DNA of 64,000 bases from Candidatus Moraniibacteriota bacterium (GTDB lineage: Bacteria > Patescibacteriota > Minisyncoccia > Moranbacterales > UBA2206): assembly GCA_030645735.1 (NCBI GenBank), contig JAUSNP010000006.1, positions 132,095 through 196,094 on the forward strand, written 5' to 3'. This document shows positions 58,155 through 64,000 of the stretch, piece after piece. Position numbers and translations under genes: made by a program. The notes beneath the pieces were generated by a model. The model did no database searches, was not told the origin of the DNA, and worked only from the letters and a program-made list of their open reading frames with translations. Numbering within the stretch: the stretch's first letter is position 1; each line of letters starts with the position of its first letter.

Positions 58155-59072
58155 TTAGCGCTTTTTAAGATGTCTTTCGAATTCCTCTTGATCTGATTTG
58201 TTGATTGAATCCAAAATCAAGCCATTCGAGAAGCTGATAATCGCCAGCACCATCAAACCAGAGGCCAAAATAGCCGAAGGAACCTTGGAAACGAAGCGTG
58301 TCTCAATGAATTCAACCACCACTGGGATGCCAAATGACACACCCACCAAGAAAAAGATTGCTGCCACCAGACTGAAATAGCGCAAGGGATAGAAATAGCG
58401 ATATAGATTGAAAATGGTTGTCAGCACCCGAAAGCCATCTGAAAAAGTGTTGAGCTTGGATTCACTGCCAGCTGGCCGATCACGATAGATAATCGGAACT
58501 TCTTGAATTTTCAATTTCCGACTCAAAGCAAAAATTGTCATATCAGTTTCCAGTTGAAAACCCTCGCACAAAGCTGGATAAGTTTTCACAAAGCGTCGCG
58601 AAAAAACCCGATAACCACTCATGATGTCTTTCAATTTCACATCGTACAAATGATTGATGAGAAAAAGCACCAAGCCGTTGCCAAAAGTATGAAAATCTCT
58701 TTTATTTTCTCTAGTATAAGTTCCGTTAGACAATCGGTCACCCACCACCACATCCGCGCCCAACTCAGCTTCTTGCAAAAGTGCCTGCACGCTCTCAGCT
58801 GGATAGGTATCATCTCCGTCAATCAAAACATAAAAATCGGCTTCGATGTCACGCAACATCGAACGCACCACATTGCCCTTGCCTTGACGCGATTCTTTGC
58901 GCACAATCGCACCAGCTTCTTTGGCAATGGCAAAAGTGGCGTCCTTGGAATTGTTATCATAAACATAGATTTCCGCTTGCGGAATTTCTCGCTTGAAATC
59001 AGCCACCACCTTGGCAATGGTCTGGGCTTCGTTGTAGCAAGGGACGAGAACGGCGATTTTTTTATCTGTCAT
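58155..59072 (-). CDS. GT2 polyprenyl-phosphate glycosyltransferase (ArnC-like) with C-terminal TM helices
   Basis: VLVPCYNE...DNNSKD...DGDD layout. Confidence 0.75.
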   Translation of the reverse strand: MTDKKIAVLVPCYNEAQTIAKVVADFKREIPQAEIYVYDNNSKDATFAIAKEAGAIVRKESRQGKGNVVRSMLRDIEADFYVLIDGDDTYPAESVQALLQEAELGADVVVGDRLSNGTYTRENKRDFHTFGNGLVLFLINHLYDVKLKDIMSGYRVFSRRFVKTYPALCEGFQLETDMTIFALSRKLKIQEVPIIYRDRPAGSESKLNTFSDGFRVLTTIFNLYRYFYPLRYFSLVAAIFFLVGVSFGIPVVVEFIETRFVSKVPSAILASGLMVLAIISFSNGLILDSINKSDQEEFERHLKKR

Positions 59073-59090
59073 AGTTCATTTAACTAAAAA

Positions 59091-60473
59091 TTATTTTCTA
59101 ATATACAGATCGCTATAGGCAGGAGATTTTGCATAGTTGTCCGCCACGGCTGGATTTTTTATTTTGATGAATGAATTGGAAATCACTTTTGGCTTGAACT
59201 TATCAATCAAAGTATAGGCATTATAATCATACTCCCGCATCAGGCGATATGAAGTCAGCACGCCAGTTTTTGGTTTCGTCGAAAACCAGAAATAATCCAG
59301 GTCTTTGCGAAAAACATTGAAATTAGCATCACCATCATAAATGCGATCATTTTTATTGGTTATCGACAAAACATAATCAATTTTTTGCAATTGTTTTTTG
59401 TTATTTTCGCTGACATACCCCAACACGCCCAATGAACCAGCCACTGTTGCCAACATCAAGAAAATCGCCACTTGCTTCTTCCACTCAAACAGTTTCACAA
59501 ATTGCGCCGCTGCAACCATCACGATGAACGGCATCGAGGTCAAATAATATTGCGGGAAGGGTGATTTCGTCGCAAAAATGAAACTCAACATCCCCAGCGC
59601 TAAAAAAGCAATAACACTAAAAGATTTCCTGCGAACCAGCTCGACAATCCCCACCACAAACAAAATCCACACCAACGGGTTTTGTTCCATTGAAATCAAC
59701 AGATATTTATACAACGGAAAAGTGTTGAGCAAATTGGCGTTGATCAACCAGTTCAGGAAAAAATATTCCGACCAAGTGAAAGTCACTGCAACATACCAAA
59801 TAAATATTCCCGAAAAAACTGCCATCATTCCCCAGAAGATCAAAAAGTCTTTCCACGCAATTTCTTTTTTCCAAAGTTTATACAAAAAAATCAAGCCGAT
59901 CAAAAAAATCAAAAACACCGCTTTTTGCAAAAACAAGAAAGACACAAACAAAGCCGTGGCACTCAGCAAGAGTTGCCAAAGTTTTTTCGTCTCAAAAAAT
60001 CGTAAAAGAAAAAACACCGCCAAAAGTTCAAACAACACCAACGGCACATCCGGTCGCACTTCCAAAATCTTCTGCAAAAAAATGACTGTCGAAGACAAAA
60101 AGAACACACTCAGGAGTGCAACATTTTTGTCATAGGCTATTTTGGCAATTCGATACACAAGTCCCGCCACCCCAACAGCCATCGCCAAAGACAAGAGTCT
60201 GGAAGCAATGATGGCCTTCACACCTTCGCCGACAATAGCAATCAAATCACTCAAGACATAGTACAGCATGAAATGATGCTGTTGCAGAAAATCCACATAA
60301 ATCTTCTCACCCGCAAAAATCTTCCAACCTGAATGGATAGCCTCAAATTCATCATGATTGAATGACCGATACAACGAAAGCGCCACCGCCACCAGCGCAA
60401 ACAAAACAATGCTAACCATGGCAATTGGACGATAACTCGGCTTTTGCGAAATGAATTTTTTGATAATTTCCAT
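59091..60473 (-). CDS. Polytopic membrane protein, probable GT-C-fold glycosyltransferase
   Basis: N-terminal TM followed by NHDEFE loop (DE-like motif); more than 10 TM helices. Confidence 0.45.
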   Translation of the reverse strand: MEIIKKFISQKPSYRPIAMVSIVLFALVAVALSLYRSFNHDEFEAIHSGWKIFAGEKIYVDFLQQHHFMLYYVLSDLIAIVGEGVKAIIASRLLSLAMAVGVAGLVYRIAKIAYDKNVALLSVFFLSSTVIFLQKILEVRPDVPLVLFELLAVFFLLRFFETKKLWQLLLSATALFVSFLFLQKAVFLIFLIGLIFLYKLWKKEIAWKDFLIFWGMMAVFSGIFIWYVAVTFTWSEYFFLNWLINANLLNTFPLYKYLLISMEQNPLVWILFVVGIVELVRRKSFSVIAFLALGMLSFIFATKSPFPQYYLTSMPFIVMVAAAQFVKLFEWKKQVAIFLMLATVAGSLGVLGYVSENNKKQLQKIDYVLSITNKNDRIYDGDANFNVFRKDLDYFWFSTKPKTGVLTSYRLMREYDYNAYTLIDKFKPKVISNSFIKIKNPAVADNYAKSPAYSDLYIRK

Positions 60474-60669
60474 ACTATAATTATATAGCCAAACCCAGAT
60501 AATGCCTAGCTAGGCAGTTTGGTACAAAAAAAAATCGGAGTCAGACTCCGATTTTTGATATTGTCTAGAAAGTTCATAGTTAACTGTGAACTATGAACTA
60601 ATACGAAATACATGTCATAATCTGTCAAATTTGAGATTTATGAACTACAAGTGTTATTTTTTCTAACCT

Positions 60670-61716
60670 TTAGTTTATCAACTTATAATAGGTCGCTTTG
60701 CCCTTGCCCATTTTTTCAATAATACCCAGATCTATCAATTTTCTAAAATCTTGGTTCCTTGTGGGTTTGGCCCGGTCAGTTAGTTTGGAATAATCACGAT
60801 CAGCTATATAGCCATGCGCTGTTATATATTCAATTATTTTCTGATGATAATCTTTCAGCTCTTTTTCTGGTGAGGAAGTTTGTTGAATCAATCCTTTTTC
60901 AACCCTAAGCAGTTCATCAATAATTCCATCGGTGAAATATTCAAGCCAAGAAGTAAAATCAATCTGATCCTTGATATCATAATAATTGCCTAGTAGGCCG
61001 ACTTCTTGAAAATATTTGCTAATATTTTGATTATAATAATTTTCAAAACTAAAAAGATTGAAAGTGTTGAGCCCCATCTTTGCCAACAATACCTTAGTTG
61101 CCAAACGAGCTGTTCGCCCATTGCCATCAATAAATGGATGGATAATAACAAATTGTTTATGGAAAATTCCAGCCAAAATCAATGGATCGATTATATTTTT
61201 ATTCTTGCCAATATAAGCAAACAATTCATCCATCAACTCCACAACTTCAGAATGTTCTGGTGGAAGATACGCGACTTGACGAAGCCGAGGATCATTGACA
61301 AAAACTGGTTCGGTTCTCAATCGACCACAACGATACTCTTCAATCAAGTCTTGTGTTATAGTTTTTTGAATATTTAAAACCAATGTCAAATCAAAATCAT
61401 GTGTCTCTTGCTCAATCAAATTGTTCAATTCAACCAGCGCCTTGTTGTAGTTCAGAACCTCTTTCTCGCTATCGCGAACATGCTCAGGTCTATTTTTCAG
61501 AATTCTTTTGACATCAGTTAGCGGCAATGGATTGCCTTCTATACTAGTTGATGAAAAGGCTGAAATTTCCCTGGCTCTTTTTTCCAATTCTGCCAAAACT
61601 ACACCTGAAAAAGTCCGGCTGTTTAAGTCGGCAATAATTTCAGTTATTCTCTTGATATTAGCCAATAATCGATTAGAAATCGTGTATTTAGGCTCAAACA
61701 TATTATTCTTATTCAT
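60670..61716 (-). CDS. Fic/DOC-family protein with C-terminal winged-helix domain
   Basis: Canonical Fic motif HPFIDGNGRTARL. Confidence 0.8.
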   Translation of the reverse strand: MNKNNMFEPKYTISNRLLANIKRITEIIADLNSRTFSGVVLAELEKRAREISAFSSTSIEGNPLPLTDVKRILKNRPEHVRDSEKEVLNYNKALVELNNLIEQETHDFDLTLVLNIQKTITQDLIEEYRCGRLRTEPVFVNDPRLRQVAYLPPEHSEVVELMDELFAYIGKNKNIIDPLILAGIFHKQFVIIHPFIDGNGRTARLATKVLLAKMGLNTFNLFSFENYYNQNISKYFQEVGLLGNYYDIKDQIDFTSWLEYFTDGIIDELLRVEKGLIQQTSSPEKELKDYHQKIIEYITAHGYIADRDYSKLTDRAKPTRNQDFRKLIDLGIIEKMGKGKATYYKLIN

Positions 61717-61799
61717 GTCTTATAGTCTAATTATAGACGATTGATAGACGATTGTCAATACTAGATTTTTATGGCTTAATACAGCCACTCTCACCCCCG

Positions 61800-61975
61800 C
61801 TTGACGCTTGTATCTTGCTCAGCACTTGGCTTTTGTATCTTGGAACTTGTATCTTGCGTAGCCCTTGTATCTTGGAATTTGTGATTTGCAACTTGCTTGG
61901 TTATATTGTATCTTGGAATTTGTACCTTGCTTAGCACTTGTATCTTGCCTGTGCCTTTGTATCTTATCCTGCTCG
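61800..61975. repeat. Iteron-like imperfect tandem array of ~8 TTGTATCTTG(G/C) units at 13-19 nt spacing, upstream of Fic and of the kinase gene
   Basis: Direct reading of the sequence. Confidence 0.7.
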
Positions 61976-62062
61976 CAAGCTTTATCCAGCTTACTTAGGA
62001 CGACTCTGGAGAGAATTGAGACTTGATGGGATTTTAACAGTTATTATGATAAACTAGATATT

Positions 62063-63097
62063 ATGGAAATTACTAAAAAAATCACTAGCCAGAAGCACTG
62101 CGATATTCTCGGAATTGGCAGTCCCCTGCTTGATATTGTAATAAATATTGAGGAGACTATGTTTTGTGAATTAAATATGAAGAAGGGATCGATGAATTTG
62201 ATCTCTGCAAAAGAAAGCCGAGATATGCTCAAAAAGTTTGGGCACATCAAACAAAAAATAACACCGGGTGGAAGCGTGGCCAACACGCTTTCAGGAGCAA
62301 GTGCTCTGGGAAATAAAACATCTTTCCTAGGGGTTATCGGCAAGGATATCTATGGGCAAACATATCAGACGGAAATAAAAAATGAAGGCATTGTCTCTCA
62401 TCTAACATGCCATACTAGCGATACAACCGGACATGCGATTATTTTTGTTACACCAGATGGAGAACGAACAATGGCAACCCACCTAGGCGCGGCTTTGAGA
62501 TTTGAAAAAGAACATATCAAAGAAGATCAAATTAAAAATAGCCAGATATTGCACATTGAAGCCTATCAGCTAGAAAATTCGGATACCTGTCAGGCAATTT
62601 TGCATGCAATCAAAATCGCAAAAGATAACAATGTCACGATTTCACTTGATCTTTCTGATGTCGGACTCATTCAACGAAATAGAAAACTTTTCAAAAGCAT
62701 TGTTAAAGAACATATCGATGTTGTTTTTGCAAATGAAGCTGAGGCCGTTGCATTTACTGGTAAAAATGACTCAATAACTGCTTTGCATGAAATAGCTAAA
62801 GCCTGCGATATCGCAGTAGTAAAATTGGGAGCAAAAGGAAGCCTAATCAAAAAAGGTGAGAAAATTTTCAATATCCAGCCATATCCAGTTGATATGGTAA
62901 ACACAAACGGAGCCGGCGACACCTATGCCGCAGGGATTTTACATGGCCTGATAAATGGATTAGACTTACAAGATGCTGGAGAAATAGCCAGTCACATTTC
63001 AGCTTTAGTTGTTGCTAGTGTTGGCGCGCGTTTAGATAAAAAATATATTAAATCAATTAGTAAATACAAACGACATGGAAAAGAAACAAGATTATAA
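62063..63097 (+). CDS. PfkB-family carbohydrate/nucleoside kinase (adenosine-kinase-like)
   Basis: Internal N-x-x-E motif FANEAE; C-terminal [12 protein letters not shown] anion-hole motif. Confidence 0.75.
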   Translation: MEITKKITSQKHCDILGIGSPLLDIVINIEETMFCELNMKKGSMNLISAKESRDMLKKFGHIKQKITPGGSVANTLSGASALGNKTSFLGVIGKDIYGQTYQTEIKNEGIVSHLTCHTSDTTGHAIIFVTPDGERTMATHLGAALRFEKEHIKEDQIKNSQILHIEAYQLENSDTCQAILHAIKIAKDNNVTISLDLSDVGLIQRNRKLFKSIVKEHIDVVFANEAEAVAFTGKNDSITALHEIAKACDIAVVKLGAKGSLIKKGEKIFNIQPYPVDMVNTNGAGDTYAAGILHGLINGLDLQDAGEIASHISALVVASVGARLDKKYIKSISKYKRHGKETRL

Positions 63098-64000
63098 GAT
63101 TGCAGACATCAGCCTAGCTGAATACGGTAGAAAAGAAGTTATAATTGCGGAAAAAGAAATGCCTGGTCTTATGGCATTGCGAAAAAAATTTGGCAAAAAA
63201 AAGCCACTCAAAGGAGCCAGAATTCTAGGGAGTCTGCATATGACCATTCAGACCGCCGTTTTGATTGAAACACTAGTTGAATTGGGTGCGGAGGTGCGTT
63301 GGGTTTCTTGTAATATTTTTTCAACCCAAGATCACGCGGCAGCGGCAATAGCTCAGACTGGAGTTCCAGTTTTTGCTTGGAAGGGTGAAACATTAGAGGA
63401 ATATTGGTGGTGCACGGAACAAGCTTTTAGATTTGATGGTGGTCAGGGTCCGAATCTAATTGTAGATGACGGAAGTGACGCAACTTTGATGTTGCATTTG
63501 GGCGTGGAAATTGAAAAAGATCCAAAAATTCTGAAGAAAAATTATTCTAACAAGGGCGAAGATGAAAAAGAGTTGATGAAAATTTTAGCTCGAATTTATA
63601 GCGAAAGTCCGACCTTCTGGAGCAAGATTATAAAAAATGTGCGAGGTGTTTCCGAGGAAACAACTACGGGCGTGCATCGACTCTATCAAATGTTTGAACA
63701 GAAAAGATTGCTATTCCCCGCTATCAATGTGAATGATTCTGTAACGAAAAGTAAATTTGACAATTTGTACGGATGTCGCGAAAGCTTGGCTGATGGAATC
63801 AAGCGTGGGACGGATGTTATGGTGGCCGGCAAGGTTGCTGTTATTTGTGGTTATGGCGATGTTGGCAAAGGTTGCGCACAAAGCATGCGCGGTTTCGGTG
63901 CGCGAGTTATTGTGACAGAAATTGACCCTATTTGTGCTTTGCAAGCAGCTATGGAGGGCTTTGAAGTTAAAACGATTGAAGAATCTTTGGCAGAAGGCAA
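63075..64000 (+). CDS. ahcY: Adenosylhomocysteinase, 5' part (runs off the window)
   Basis: [15 protein letters not shown] start; NAD-binding [10 protein letters not shown]; overlaps the pfkB-like gene by 23 nt in another frame. Confidence 0.85.
   Translation, partial: MEKKQDYKIADISLAEYGRKEVIIAEKEMPGLMALRKKFGKKKPLKGARILGSLHMTIQTAVLIETLVELGAEVRWVSCNIFSTQDHAAAAIAQTGVPVFAWKGETLEEYWWCTEQAFRFDGGQGPNLIVDDGSDATLMLHLGVEIEKDPKILKKNYSNKGEDEKELMKILARIYSESPTFWSKIIKNVRGVSEETTTGVHRLYQMFEQKRLLFPAINVNDSVTKSKFDNLYGCRESLADGIKRGTDVMVAGKVAVICGYGDVGKGCAQSMRGFGARVIVTEIDPICALQAAMEGFEVKTIEESLAEG

Noticed and set aside
61980-61992. DnaA-box-like TTATCCAGC near the iteron-like array (plus a perfect TTATCCACA at 45315) as evidence of oriC
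   Set aside because: There is a single degenerate box with no dnaA or dnaN nearby, and the perfect box lies inside a coding region. This is insufficient to call an origin.
1-64000. tRNA, rRNA, tmRNA, RNase P and SRP RNA genes
   Set aside because: Scanning for T-loop GTTCGAATCC-type motifs and for conserved rRNA or tmRNA blocks found only a 17-nt 23S-like fragment at 36078-36103. No complete RNA gene is supportable by eye.

Overview
This is an AT-rich bacterial chromosomal segment whose gene content resembles small-genome Patescibacteria/CPR-like organisms. That placement is inference only. The first ~24 kb carries housekeeping genes: fmt, def, priA, riboflavin genes, gltX, two M23 peptidases, an iscR-iscS-iscU operon, pyrG, and ribosomal proteins L27 and L9. 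From ~24 kb to ~60 kb there is one large cell-envelope glycan locus. It holds GT2 and GT4 glycosyltransferases, six ArnT/PMT-like GT-C membrane proteins, two nucleotide-sugar dehydrogenases, a Wzx-like flippase, a Wzy/ligase-like protein, an LCP protein, a WecG/TagA-like transferase, an RtcB RNA ligase, tmk and small Cys-rich proteins. A Fic protein, a PfkB kinase and the start of ahcY close the window. I found no rRNA or tRNA genes and no CRISPR array. The most unusual content is non-genic. (1) A ~105-bp palindromic element with TGTCATTGCGAG...CTCGCAATGACA termini sits in-frame inside two protein-coding genes and once between genes. (2) A related ~100-bp double-hairpin element (TGTCATTCCGGCCTTGAGCCGGAAT...ATCCCGGGTCAAGCCCGGGATGACA) has six copies that each fill a stop-to-start gap in the glycan locus. 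(3) A dispersed family of short tandem heptamer repeats with CG every 7 nt lies in-frame within priA, gltX, iscS and tmk. (4) A 1.1-kb cassette bracketed by inverted arrays of palindromic operator-like sites carries one unknown gene next to an orphan ParA-like ATPase.
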